64,000 bases of DNA from Oligoflexia bacterium. Its GTDB lineage: Bacteria; Bdellovibrionota; UBA1018; CAIMNF01. Every line of letters begins with the position of its first letter. The stretch's first letter is position 1. The stretch is taken from contig CAIKYX010000274.1 of NCBI GenBank assembly GCA_903831745.1, positions 25,063 to 89,062 of the forward strand, read 5' to 3'. This document shows, piece after piece, positions 18,369 through 26,729 of the stretch. The notes beneath the pieces were generated by a model. It worked only from the letters and a program-made list of their open reading frames with translations, had not been told where the DNA came from and made no database searches. The position numbers and the translations under genes were made by a program.

Positions 18369-19622
18369 TTACTCATTATCGCTAATGCGTTTGATCAGTT
18401 CCTTGGCTCCCTGATGATCTGCTTTCATCTGCAAAATCCTTTTTGCAGTGAGGGAAGCTTCTTTCTTTTTGCCGACGTGAAACTGCAGACCGGCAAGACT
18501 GTAGAGCAGGCTTGGGCTGACCGGAGCCACTTCGACATAGTTTGAAAGCATTTTTTCGGCAGTAGAATATTTCTTGATCTCGTAAGCACATTTGACGAGA
18601 TGAAAAATCGCCGTAGAATTTCTAAGATTTTTTTCGAGTGAGCGAGCGAAGGCCTCGTGCGCTGATTCCTTATCGCCATCCGCTACGCAGCACAGCCCGA
18701 GTCCAACCCAGGCTTTGTCATTATTCGGATTAGAAGAAATCGAATCCTGATAACAACGCTTGGCTTCGGTGACCTGACCCTGTTCGAGATAAAGTGAACC
18801 CAGGTTTGATTGAACTTCATCACTTGCCGGGCTAAGATCGAGCGCTTTTTTATAAGAACGCTCGGCTTCACTGGTTTGACCCAGGCGAGACATGCAATTA
18901 CCGATCATTTTATGATAATCGGCTTTTTCTTGCTTGTTCAGTTCGAGTGACTTCAGAGCACGGCTAAGGGACTGTGCCGCTTCCTGGTCGCGGCCTTGCT
19001 GGATGAGCAATTGGGCCAGAATCTGGTACCCGCGTTTGTTCGGCGCAAACGCTACCGAATCCCAGGCAAATTGAATGGCTTGTTCGATCAATCCTTCTTT
19101 ATCGGCGCAAGCTGCGAGACCGGCATAGGCGACATCACTCGCTTCGCCAGATTTCAGCATGGCACGGTAGATATTGCGGGCGAGTTCGGTTTCGCCTGCA
19201 CCGAGTAAAAGGTCGGCATTTTCAGTCAAAAACAAGATATCTTCTTTTTCGGTCTTACCTGAAGTCGCACCGGCAGTCTTTTTGACCTGAGCAGGAACTT
19301 CGCTTGCAGGACTGATGGTTTCTTCGGCCTGAGCGAGAGGCGTTGCGATCGGAGTCGGTGTCGGAAGGGTCACACCACCTGCTCTATTAAATGGCGGAGG
19401 GGTAACCACTTTGGGTTCGATTTCTTTTTTAGGCGAGATTTTAGGAATTTCGATTTGCACCAGATAGTGCTCATAACGATTGGTTTCATCATCATTTCTG
19501 AGATGAATCGCGACTTCTTCGAGCGAACTGACGGGAATGAATTTGATGTTTTCTAAATCGTCTGCAGAATTCGGATTGGATGCGTTCTCGATCGCGAATT
19601 TTTGGCGAATGGGCTCTAACAT
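18369..19622 (-). CDS. TPR-repeat protein with Pro-rich N-terminal region
   Basis: Multiple 34-aa TPR-like units ('AYAGLAACADKEGLIEQAIQFAWDSV', 'AWVGLGLCCVADGDKESAHEAFARSL'). Pro/Thr-rich linker 'VVTPPPFNRAGGVTLPTPTPIATP'. Last gene of the flagellar-cap operon. Confidence 0.7.
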   Translation of the reverse strand: MLEPIRQKFAIENASNPNSADDLENIKFIPVSSLEEVAIHLRNDDETNRYEHYLVQIEIPKISPKKEIEPKVVTPPPFNRAGGVTLPTPTPIATPLAQAEETISPASEVPAQVKKTAGATSGKTEKEDILFLTENADLLLGAGETELARNIYRAMLKSGEASDVAYAGLAACADKEGLIEQAIQFAWDSVAFAPNKRGYQILAQLLIQQGRDQEAAQSLSRALKSLELNKQEKADYHKMIGNCMSRLGQTSEAERSYKKALDLSPASDEVQSNLGSLYLEQGQVTEAKRCYQDSISSNPNNDKAWVGLGLCCVADGDKESAHEAFARSLEKNLRNSTAIFHLVKCAYEIKKYSTAEKMLSNYVEVAPVSPSLLYSLAGLQFHVGKKKEASLTAKRILQMKADHQGAKELIKRISDNE

Positions 19623-19686
19623 GATTTATCTTTTCCTATACCGACAGCACCCGGGAGTGTTGGCAGTTCCATGGTTTAAATCTTAA

Positions 19687-20136
19687 TCAAACCGTCCGAT
19701 CCAGTTCATCGCCGGTGTCGGACTGGGTCTGACTTTTAAACTTCGATACAGCCTCTTTATCCTTAAGGCCTTTTAGGATCTGAGCGCGAAGCTCGAACCC
19801 CATATTCTGAATGTATAGAAAAAGTGACTGGTCCGTCAATTGAATCTCTTTAATAAAATTCAAAGTTTGATCGAGTATCTCCTTGAAAACCGGCTGACCC
19901 TGTAATTTTTCTATATCTTCATTATTTAACAGGAGCCGCTCGATGGCGATTTGCTGGTCGAGGACCTGAAGTGCCTTGATATTCGCCTCACGAAGGTCAG
20001 ACAATTCATCCACCCAGTCCATCTTCAGCTCTACATCATGACCATCCTGCTTGAAGCGCTCCAGATAGTTCCGGGTTTCCTCCAGAAAGCTCTTCAGCAG
20101 GCGGTTTTTTTCCTCGAATAATACCTGTAATTTCAT
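19687..20136 (-). CDS. Alpha-helical/coiled-coil protein, possible flagellar export chaperone (FliT/FlgN-like)
   Basis: 149 aa with heptad-like Leu/Glu/Lys pattern. Immediately follows fliS with ATGA overlap. Functional call rests on position only. Confidence 0.4.
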   Translation of the reverse strand: MKLQVLFEEKNRLLKSFLEETRNYLERFKQDGHDVELKMDWVDELSDLREANIKALQVLDQQIAIERLLLNNEDIEKLQGQPVFKEILDQTLNFIKEIQLTDQSLFLYIQNMGFELRAQILKGLKDKEAVSKFKSQTQSDTGDELDRTV

Positions 20137-20525
20137 CTTTTACTTCCTACTTTTTCAGCTTGGAGCTGCTCAATTGCCCCCCGCCAGCCTTCCAGCAGAT
20201 TTTCCATCAACTTGCAGGCATGATCGAACTTGGCATGGTCATTATGCAAATTGCCCTGCGTAATCTGATCGGTGATAAAACCGTACAAACGCTCCAGATT
20301 CTTCGCAATTTCTCCGCCCACTTCGAAGTTCAGGGTATTCGACAGCTCGTTCACGATGTCGTGCGCCTTGCCTACCGCAATGCCTTTGCCATTTAAGTCA
20401 TTTTTTTGACAACACTCGGAGGCTTTCTTGAGGTGCTTGATCGCCCCTTCGTAAAGCATGATCAATACCTGCTCTTTGGATGCGGTGGTCACGGCTGTTT
20501 GTCGGTATGCGTTTAATTTAGACAT
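20133..20525 (-). CDS. fliS: Flagellar export chaperone FliS
   Basis: 'MSKLNAYRQTAVTTASKEQVLIMLYEGAIKHLKKA' is the FliS signature N-terminus. 130 aa. Follows fliD by 4 nt. Confidence 0.85.
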   Translation of the reverse strand: MSKLNAYRQTAVTTASKEQVLIMLYEGAIKHLKKASECCQKNDLNGKGIAVGKAHDIVNELSNTLNFEVGGEIAKNLERLYGFITDQITQGNLHNDHAKFDHACKLMENLLEGWRGAIEQLQAEKVGSKR

Positions 20526-20529
20526 CTAC

Positions 20530-21933
20530 TTATCCTCCTAATAATTGGGAAATTGGATTTCCTCCTCCGCCACCCCCAAGTGTGGCAGAAAGGTAACTTT
20601 GCTGGCGTTGCAGGTTCGACAGGGTTCCCTGCAAACGGCTGAACTGATCGGTTAAAGATTGTGTTTTTTTCTCGAGATTGCGTTCTTTCGTCTCGATACT
20701 CTGGTCGATTTGCTTGATCCGGGTCACGAAACCCTGGTCGCGTGAAGAGAAGAGGCCCTGCCCCCCTACCGCATAACCATCCATGACGGTCTTCAGCTGC
20801 GAAATGAAGCCTTTTTCACCGGCAAACGCCTGTGCGACCCCGTCGAAATCCTTTTCGAGGGACTTTTGAAAAGACTCTTCCTTGAACTGCAACATCCCCT
20901 TCTTGTCGAATTCGATGCCGAGTTCGCTTAAGTGAAAAATCTTGAACTTCTCGTCGTTCTCGAAATACGCCCCGAAGCCTTCGTGAGCAAGATTGCGCAA
21001 ACGGAACTCGACGTTTTGAAGGCTGGTATCACCTGCGAAGGTGGTTTTGGTATCGGTCTTGTCATCCACTTGATTTTGCTTGTTGATGAATTCAAGCACG
21101 CCATTCAAACCTTCGACTACTTTTTTAACCTTGTCCGAAACCTTGGTAATGTCCGCACGCACGTTCATGGTAAAGGTGGTGCCGGGTTTTGCAGACTTGA
21201 GCTGCACACCCACGCCTTGCACGAATTCCGGAATCTCATTTCCTTCGGCTTCGATTTCGAAACCATTCACCTTCATGAGCGCATTTTTAGAGCCCTTGTC
21301 GGAATCGATGAAAAAATCCTCATCGCCATCGACGAAGTAAAGTTGCGGAAATTCGACTTCGTTCTCGAGACCATCTTTCTTCGAGTTGATGACGAGACGG
21401 TACGGCTTTTCAGGATCAGAAACGTCTTTAAGAACGGTGGCTTTTACCGAAGCATCCGGCAGGTTGTTGATTTTTGCGGCGATTCCGTTCAACGACGCTT
21501 CGTCATTCATGACGTACACATCCTGGGTGTCGCCATTTGCGAGTCTGACGTTGATGTAGCCCACACCCAGAACTTTTGCCGCCGGATCGGTAAAACCATT
21601 TGAAATCATCGAAGAACGCTCGGCGAGTTCCTTGACCTCGATCTCGTAACTTCCAATGTTGGCTTTTTCTTTGTCGATATTCACCGACATCACGCCTTCA
21701 CCTTCGCCGAGATCTGCTTTCAGTTCCTTGAATTTGTTGAATCCGATCATCGAACCGAGTGAGTTCGAGAGAGAAGAAAATTTGGTTTTGAATTCACCAA
21801 ATAGCTTTTGCTTGGTCTGTTCGACTTCCTTGCGTTTCTCAAGCACCTTAATAGGCTGCTTCTCAGCCTCTATCATGGCATTCAATGCTTGTTTTAATTG
21901 TCCGCCCCCCATGGGGTCAAAGCGTAATCCCAC
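20530..21933 (-). CDS. fliD: Flagellar filament cap protein FliD (hook-associated protein 2)
   Basis: N-terminus 'GGGQLKQALNAMIEAEKQPIKVL', central beta-rich region and C-terminal 'QFSRLQGTLSNLQRQQSYLSATL' fit FliD N/C helices. Start is GTG at 21933 (AGGAGG 10 nt upstream) or ATG at 21913. Confidence 0.85.
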   Translation of the reverse strand: MGLRFDPMGGGQLKQALNAMIEAEKQPIKVLEKRKEVEQTKQKLFGEFKTKFSSLSNSLGSMIGFNKFKELKADLGEGEGVMSVNIDKEKANIGSYEIEVKELAERSSMISNGFTDPAAKVLGVGYINVRLANGDTQDVYVMNDEASLNGIAAKINNLPDASVKATVLKDVSDPEKPYRLVINSKKDGLENEVEFPQLYFVDGDEDFFIDSDKGSKNALMKVNGFEIEAEGNEIPEFVQGVGVQLKSAKPGTTFTMNVRADITKVSDKVKKVVEGLNGVLEFINKQNQVDDKTDTKTTFAGDTSLQNVEFRLRNLAHEGFGAYFENDEKFKIFHLSELGIEFDKKGMLQFKEESFQKSLEKDFDGVAQAFAGEKGFISQLKTVMDGYAVGGQGLFSSRDQGFVTRIKQIDQSIETKERNLEKKTQSLTDQFSRLQGTLSNLQRQQSYLSATLGGGGGGNPISQLLGG

Positions 21934-22009
21934 GCGTTGAAGTCCTCCTTGACATCACTTATCATTTTGTCAGTTTTCTGCAGAAAAACACAGGAAAAAC
22001 CCAGATAAA

Positions 22010-22747
22010 TTAAAAAAAAGAGCGGCGCTTCATCAGGTCTTCGGTCGAATCATAGTAAAGAAATTGGCGGTGAACCGGGGGATACCCCATATTCCAATAA
22101 AACGGTGTGATTTCATCGAGGTCATGACAGTGGCCGAGCACAATGTAGTCAAACCCCTGACGATTCTTCTCTTCGGCGAATTTACGAAAAATTTCGCGAA
22201 GTCGCTTTTGTTCATCCGGTGTCCAGTAATCCGGTATTTCACGGGCCTTTTGCTCGAGCGGGCGCGACAACTTTTTTCCGATCCAATCCATCGTTTCGCC
22301 CGGAATAAAGGAACTGAGGCTCCGAATGGCCTTCGAACGGAAGAATTTTCGAAGTCGCAAGTACCCCGTATCTTCTCGATCGACCAGATCGCCATGGGCA
22401 ATCAGGATCATTTTTTTTCCGGCGAGCGTGGTTGCCGAGAGCACGACCTCTTCGTCGGCGAATTCCATCGTCGTTTTTAAAAAGAGTCTCCGAATATGAA
22501 AATCGTGATTGCCCTCGATGTAATACAGCCGCACGCCACGATCAGAAAGGCGTTTGACCGCCTTAAAGAAGCCTGCGTACTTTTCGACGAAAAACGACGA
22601 ATCACCCACGAGCAGATCGAAGATGTCGCCCGCAAAAACCACGGTATCCTCGTGATTCTCTGGCTCGGAAAGTACCTTCAAAAAGGCTGAAAATAGCGGG
22701 TTTTCGGGTTGGGTCAAATGCAGATCCGAGAAGATCCAGAGGCGCAT
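22010..22747 (-). CDS. lpxH: UDP-2,3-diacylglucosamine pyrophosphatase LpxH-family (calcineurin-like phosphoesterase)
   Basis: 'IFSDLHL', 'GDIFDLLVGD', 'GNHDF', 'HGD', 'GHCH' align with the LpxH metallophosphoesterase motifs. Start ATG shares one nt with the flaG stop (TGATG). Confidence 0.7.
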   Translation of the reverse strand: MRLWIFSDLHLTQPENPLFSAFLKVLSEPENHEDTVVFAGDIFDLLVGDSSFFVEKYAGFFKAVKRLSDRGVRLYYIEGNHDFHIRRLFLKTTMEFADEEVVLSATTLAGKKMILIAHGDLVDREDTGYLRLRKFFRSKAIRSLSSFIPGETMDWIGKKLSRPLEQKAREIPDYWTPDEQKRLREIFRKFAEEKNRQGFDYIVLGHCHDLDEITPFYWNMGYPPVHRQFLYYDSTEDLMKRRSFF

Positions 22748-23166
22748 CAGGCCTTCTGATCCAGAATCCTGCCGGAATGTTTTCCGGAGTTCACGGCTTC
22801 ACGCAGTTTTAGAAATTCTTCGCCCGAAACCGATCGCAGCACGCCACCGCTTCCGTCTTTGAGCACGATCTTCAGTCCTGGACCTTGGCCTTCGGGAGTC
22901 GCAGTGATTCCTTGTGCCTGATTGTATTCGTCGGCGCCGAACGCATCGATCGCAGCACTGACGGCTTCTTCAGTTACTTCGATTTCTTGCTCTTGCTCTT
23001 TTTTCTTCTGCTGTTGATCGTATGCATTCGAGCCCGCGCCCTCGCGCTTGTCGCCGGACTTGTCGGTGACTCGATTCATGATCTGGGTAATCGCAGGGTA
23101 TTGATTTACCTTCATGTTCTCACTTCGGAGTTTTACGGGTAAATCTTGAGGTGCATCGATTTTCAT
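22747..23166 (-). CDS. flaG: Flagellar protein FlaG-like
   Basis: C-terminal 'LKIVLKDGSGGVLRSVSGEEFLKLREAV' matches the FlaG-family conserved block. Lies upstream of fliD as in flaG-fliD-fliS operons. The true start may be the internal 'MKVNQYP' Met. Confidence 0.55.
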   Translation of the reverse strand: MKIDAPQDLPVKLRSENMKVNQYPAITQIMNRVTDKSGDKREGAGSNAYDQQQKKKEQEQEIEVTEEAVSAAIDAFGADEYNQAQGITATPEGQGPGLKIVLKDGSGGVLRSVSGEEFLKLREAVNSGKHSGRILDQKA

Positions 23167-23251
23167 AGGTGTTTCATAGGGTTATACCACAAGCCCTTCG
23201 TTTTTCTATCAAATTCATTGAATCAGTTGACTAGAATGGATAGAAAAATAG

Positions 23252-23281
23252 TTGACATATTACATACGATTTGTGTAAAAT
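23252..23281 (+). promoter_or_regulatory. Sigma70-like promoter for the repetitive lipoprotein gene
   Basis: TTGACA (23252-23257), 18-nt spacer, TAAAAT (23276-23281), about 40 nt upstream of SD 'AGGAGAAG' and the ATG at 23323. Confidence 0.35.
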
Positions 23282-23322
23282 TCGTCCAAATGTTTGCTTT
23301 GCGTATTAAGCAGGAGAAGAAA

Positions 23323-24933
23323 ATGAAGTGTTTTAAGTTATTCGTTCTGGCGGGGTTTGTGGCCATCACCCTCACCGCGTGCTCACAAAATCCTTACACC
23401 CCGGTTCCAGGAACGGGCGGAGCAGTCGTCACTAACCCTAACGGAATCGTACCGGGAGTGAACACGGGAGTTTATCCCAATAACGGAAACTTTCCGACCA
23501 ACACAGTGAACAACCCTTGCGCAGGCCAAGTAAATCCCTGCCCAGGACAAGTAGTAGCAAACCCTTGCGCAGGCCAAGTGAATCCCTGCCCAGGACAAGT
23601 GGCAGCGAATCCTTGCCAAGGACAAATCTCTCCGTGCCAGACTGCAAACCTGAATAACCTTTATACCAATGCAATTACCCTCAGCGCAAACGCCGCTTAC
23701 GCACGAGCCGCTTACCTGAATTCGCTCTATGCAACCATGAATGTCGGCGGAACTTGCGGAACTATTTCTTACTATCCATACAATGTAAACCGCTGCTCAT
23801 GCCCGACTCGCACCTGCGATTGCGCAAGAAGCTACTCGGTTTATTCTAGTTCAAGTTACTCACGTCATCGTCACGTCCGTTACCATTCGGACGACGATTA
23901 CGAAACTACTGTGCGCATCACTCATCGCCACGGCAGAAGCAGTGATGACGACGATCGTTACACTCGCGCTTACGACGATTCTCGAACTACCCATAGTAGT
24001 GACCACATCAGAACCAGTGGCACTCCGGGTTCTAAAGACTGTGGTTGCCCAGGTTGCGATTGTGGTCACGGCCATCGTCAACACACCGACCCAGCTCCAG
24101 CTCCGATTGGAATCTGGCCTGCTATTCAAGGTGTAGAAGACCGAAGCGTACTTGGAATTGGCAAAGTGCCTGGTTCAGGCGACGCCCAAGCCATTTACGA
24201 TCGCCTTGCAATTTCTCCAGTTCGTGAATTCGATTCGGTCGAAGAAGGTGGCGAAAGCTATTACAAACGTGGCGTGGGCTACTACTGTAAAAAGAAAGTG
24301 GTTACCCGTCGTAAACCAAAACGCCAAGACTATCGCTGCGGTTTCGATTTCGCGATCGCAGATGGTACGCTTCAATATCCAAATCCACTCGGAGTATCAG
24401 GCACTCCTGAACTCACAGCGGATGAGCCTTACGAAGGACCTCATTTCCTGGTTTCTGGCTCTGGCAAGCATTCAAAAGTAATTACTTTTGACGGCGCGAT
24501 CCTTGGAGCGAGTGATGGATTAATCATCCTCACCGACGATGCTGATCCGAAGAAAGCCCGAGCTTCGGCAGTAGGACAATTATTTGCCAAACTCACAAAA
24601 TCCCTTCCAGACAGCGACAGTCCAGACGGATTGATCAAAGGTGGAACCACCAAGGTGGGCGAATACGTGGTTTGTTATCAGGATAAGACGACATTCTTCA
24701 TCGAGTGTGTGGTTCAAGCGAACGTGCGCACCGGCGAACTGAAGAAACGCACCAATGCTCCAGCGAGCCCGAAATTTCTTCCGATCACGATGGACACAGG
24801 TACCGGTGTTGATGTCAGCACAGGTGTTGGCGTGAGCACTGGCGGCGCGGTAAACACCAGCACCGGCGTAGACACAGGATCTGGTACAGACGTTTCTACT
24901 GGCTCTCAGCAAATCGACGATAACCAACAGTAA
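23323..24933 (+). CDS. Repetitive lipoprotein with Cys-Pro-Gly-Gln repeats, His/Asp/Arg/Ser-rich Cys/His cluster region and C-terminal Thr/Gly/Val repeats
   Basis: Lipobox 'ITLTAC'; SD 'AGGAGAAG' 6 nt upstream of the ATG at 23323. The track start 23146 would overlap flaG. Contains 'NPCAGQVNPCPGQV' x2.5, 'SRHRHVRYHSDDDYE...CGCPGCDCGHGHRQH', and 'TGTGVDVSTGVGVSTGGAVNTSTGVDTGSGTDVSTGS'. Confidence 0.6.
   Translation: MKCFKLFVLAGFVAITLTACSQNPYTPVPGTGGAVVTNPNGIVPGVNTGVYPNNGNFPTNTVNNPCAGQVNPCPGQVVANPCAGQVNPCPGQVAANPCQGQISPCQTANLNNLYTNAITLSANAAYARAAYLNSLYATMNVGGTCGTISYYPYNVNRCSCPTRTCDCARSYSVYSSSSYSRHRHVRYHSDDDYETTVRITHRHGRSSDDDDRYTRAYDDSRTTHSSDHIRTSGTPGSKDCGCPGCDCGHGHRQHTDPAPAPIGIWPAIQGVEDRSVLGIGKVPGSGDAQAIYDRLAISPVREFDSVEEGGESYYKRGVGYYCKKKVVTRRKPKRQDYRCGFDFAIADGTLQYPNPLGVSGTPELTADEPYEGPHFLVSGSGKHSKVITFDGAILGASDGLIILTDDADPKKARASAVGQLFAKLTKSLPDSDSPDGLIKGGTTKVGEYVVCYQDKTTFFIECVVQANVRTGELKKRTNAPASPKFLPITMDTGTGVDVSTGVGVSTGGAVNTSTGVDTGSGTDVSTGSQQIDDNQQ
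23512..23640 (+). repeat. 48-bp tandem DNA repeat (2.7 copies) inside the lipoprotein gene
   Basis: Unit 'aacccttgcgcaggccaagt(a/g)aatccctgcccaggacaagt(a/g)g(t/c)agc(a/g)' at 23512-23559 and 23560-23607, with a partial copy to ~23640. Encodes the NPCAGQVNPCPGQV repeats. Confidence 0.8.
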
Positions 24934-24960
24934 GCCGATTTAAATTCAAAATTTAAAAAG

Positions 24961-24996
24961 AGATCTGGGTACCTCGTAGGTTCCAGATCTTTTTTG
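24961..24996 (+). terminator. Rho-independent terminator after the lipoprotein gene
   Basis: Stem 'agatctgg' (24961-24968), loop, stem 'ccagatct' (24983-24990), followed by TTTTTT (24991-24996). Confidence 0.7.
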
Positions 24997-25023
24997 CGTG
25001 GGTTCTCCTGAACATTCATTCCA

Positions 25024-25065
25024 GCACAGCGCATGTGGCAAAGCCACAATGCTTGTGCCTTATGC
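25024..25065. repeat. Degenerate copy of the REP-like hairpin element (core GTGGCAAAGCCAC)
   Basis: 'gcatGTGGCAAAGCCACaatgcttgtgccttatgc' shares the 13-bp core and the right flank ('gccttat(a/g)c') with the copy at 52033-52079. Confidence 0.35.
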
Positions 25066-25328
25066 ATTTTCCTGCCTCGCTGGATTCGGAAAGAATCATT
25101 AAAATAAAGAGGCAAACCCGCTCAAAATCCGCGTTATGAAAGCCGGATGAGTAGGATGCGGACGTGGGTAAAACAAAAAAATAAGCCCCCCATTCTCCAC
25201 GATTAATAAAACTGCTCAAAAAGGTGCAGATGCGATGGATGCATTTTTGAATATTGCGAGGCGTACTCACGGTACGTCGAGTGATATTCGAAAATTCAGA
25301 CGTAGCAGATGTGCCTTTTTCAGCAGTT

Positions 25329-26261
25329 TTATCTACTTTTCCAGCGGCGGTGACTCCACAGCCAATCTTCCGGACACTTTTCGATGTGAGCCTCGAGCTT
25401 TCGATTAAACTCTTTGGTGACCCAGAGCGAGCGTTCGGCCTGTTCGGGGGTCATGCCGAATTTTTCGCCTAGAGGCAGCACCTGACGCTGATCTTCTTCG
25501 CTCCAGTCCTTCGGTTTCTCTAGAGCAATTTCTTCAAAGCCCCATTCATAGCGCGAACGTCCGACTCGATGAATCCATGCAAAAATAGGCGTAAAACCCC
25601 TCTTAGCGGTGATAAAACCCGGCCCCATGACACTGTAGGTTTTTTGCGAAAGAAATTGAAATTCGTACGCGCGCGAATAATCGTGCGGGGCCTGATCCGA
25701 AAGCAGCGCCACGAGAATAGGTTCAGGCATCGCTTTTGTGTAGACCTCTCGCATTTCGGCGCCCGTCACAAAACGCGAACCAAAACGGGTGCGAGAACCG
25801 AAAATCAATCGGTTAAAATAAGAGGAAGATAAAGGCTTATAGATGGCGTAACACTTGTGCTTTAGCGCTCTGGGCATGGCGGTTCCGAGCCACTCCCAGT
25901 TGCCGAGGTGGGCAGAAATTCCGGTAATATGCTCGCCTCGCGCAAAGATCTTTTCGGCCACCTCAGGATTTTTAAAAACCACCCGCTCGCTCAGCGTCTC
26001 TGGAGAAATGGTAAACGTCTTGATCGATTCGACGATCAAATCACAAAGGTTGCGATAAAACTTTTTCTCGATCTCGAGCAGCTCGGCGTCGGATTTTTTA
26101 GGAAACGAGTTTCTGAGGTTCTCGCGCACGACTTTCTTCCGGTATCCCCAAACGCGATAGACCAACAGATAAAATCCGTCGGAAATCAAATGCAACAGCC
26201 AAAGTGGCAAGTAAGAAAGTCCGTACAGCAAGGGGGTCAGGGTAAAATCCAGGATGCTCAT
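25329..26261 (-). CDS. Lipid A biosynthesis (Kdo2-lipid IVA) acyltransferase, LpxL/LpxM (HtrB/MsbB) family
   Basis: N-terminal TM region and 'YRVWGYRKKVVRENLRNSFPKKSDAELLEIEKKFYRNL'. 'HLGNWE' matches the LPLAT/LpxL HxGNWE motif. Confidence 0.75.
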   Translation of the reverse strand: MSILDFTLTPLLYGLSYLPLWLLHLISDGFYLLVYRVWGYRKKVVRENLRNSFPKKSDAELLEIEKKFYRNLCDLIVESIKTFTISPETLSERVVFKNPEVAEKIFARGEHITGISAHLGNWEWLGTAMPRALKHKCYAIYKPLSSSYFNRLIFGSRTRFGSRFVTGAEMREVYTKAMPEPILVALLSDQAPHDYSRAYEFQFLSQKTYSVMGPGFITAKRGFTPIFAWIHRVGRSRYEWGFEEIALEKPKDWSEEDQRQVLPLGEKFGMTPEQAERSLWVTKEFNRKLEAHIEKCPEDWLWSHRRWKSR

Positions 26262-26650
26262 TTTTTCTTTCCTTCAGGGCAGTAACCGGGCCTCGGGCCG
26301 ATTTTGGGAAACTGCCGGCAAACTTCAGGTCTCTTTTCATAAACAGTGCAAAGTCGATCCTTTTCACCGAGAAAAATACAATCTCTTCCCTGTCGTTGTT
26401 CGATGATAAACAGGCCGGAAGTAGCTCGAAAAGTGCGCACAATTCCTTCTCGGATCAGCCTTTTGGCCATTTTGGACAGCGAAGCCGCCGCCTCATCCTC
26501 GCTCGCCACGCCTAAACGAATCAGATCGAACGCGCTGACTTCGAGCGGTAAGGTGCAACATCCTGCCCAACACCCCTCGCACATTCCTTTACGATAAGGC
26601 TTCCAACTACTGGGGCGCTGCGGATCTGACTTTGAGCCGGGATGATTCAC
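26258..26650 (-). CDS. YkgJ/UPF0153 family Fe-S/zinc cluster protein (CxxCxxCC; FliB-type domain)
   Basis: 'CEGCWAGCC' plus downstream 'C...C' ('DRLCTVYEKRPEVCRQFP') is the UPF0153 signature. ATGA overlap with lpxL. Confidence 0.7.
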   Translation of the reverse strand: MNHPGSKSDPQRPSSWKPYRKGMCEGCWAGCCTLPLEVSAFDLIRLGVASEDEAAASLSKMAKRLIREGIVRTFRATSGLFIIEQRQGRDCIFLGEKDRLCTVYEKRPEVCRQFPKIGPRPGYCPEGKKK

Positions 26651-26729
26651 GGCTTGAGTCTAATCGAATTCTAAAATAACGCAAAGTTTGCACTTCGGAG
26701 CCGGGTATTTTTAGGGTAAGATAGCCTAA

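Noticed and set aside
18119-18385. 88-aa plus-strand ORF in the GT9/TPR intergenic region
   Set aside because: No SD. It is antisense to the better-supported 56-aa minus-strand ORF that has GGAGG and ATGA coupling. Composition is unremarkable.
20932-21603. 223-aa plus-strand ORF antisense to fliD
   Set aside because: Shadow ORF within fliD. No motifs. The fliD frame has clear family features.
23146-23322. Upstream extension of the lipoprotein ORF to 23146 as given in the track
   Set aside because: It would overlap the divergent flaG start. The in-frame ATG at 23323 has a strong SD (AGGAGAAG) and yields a textbook lipoprotein signal peptide, and a sigma70-like promoter lies within the putative extension.
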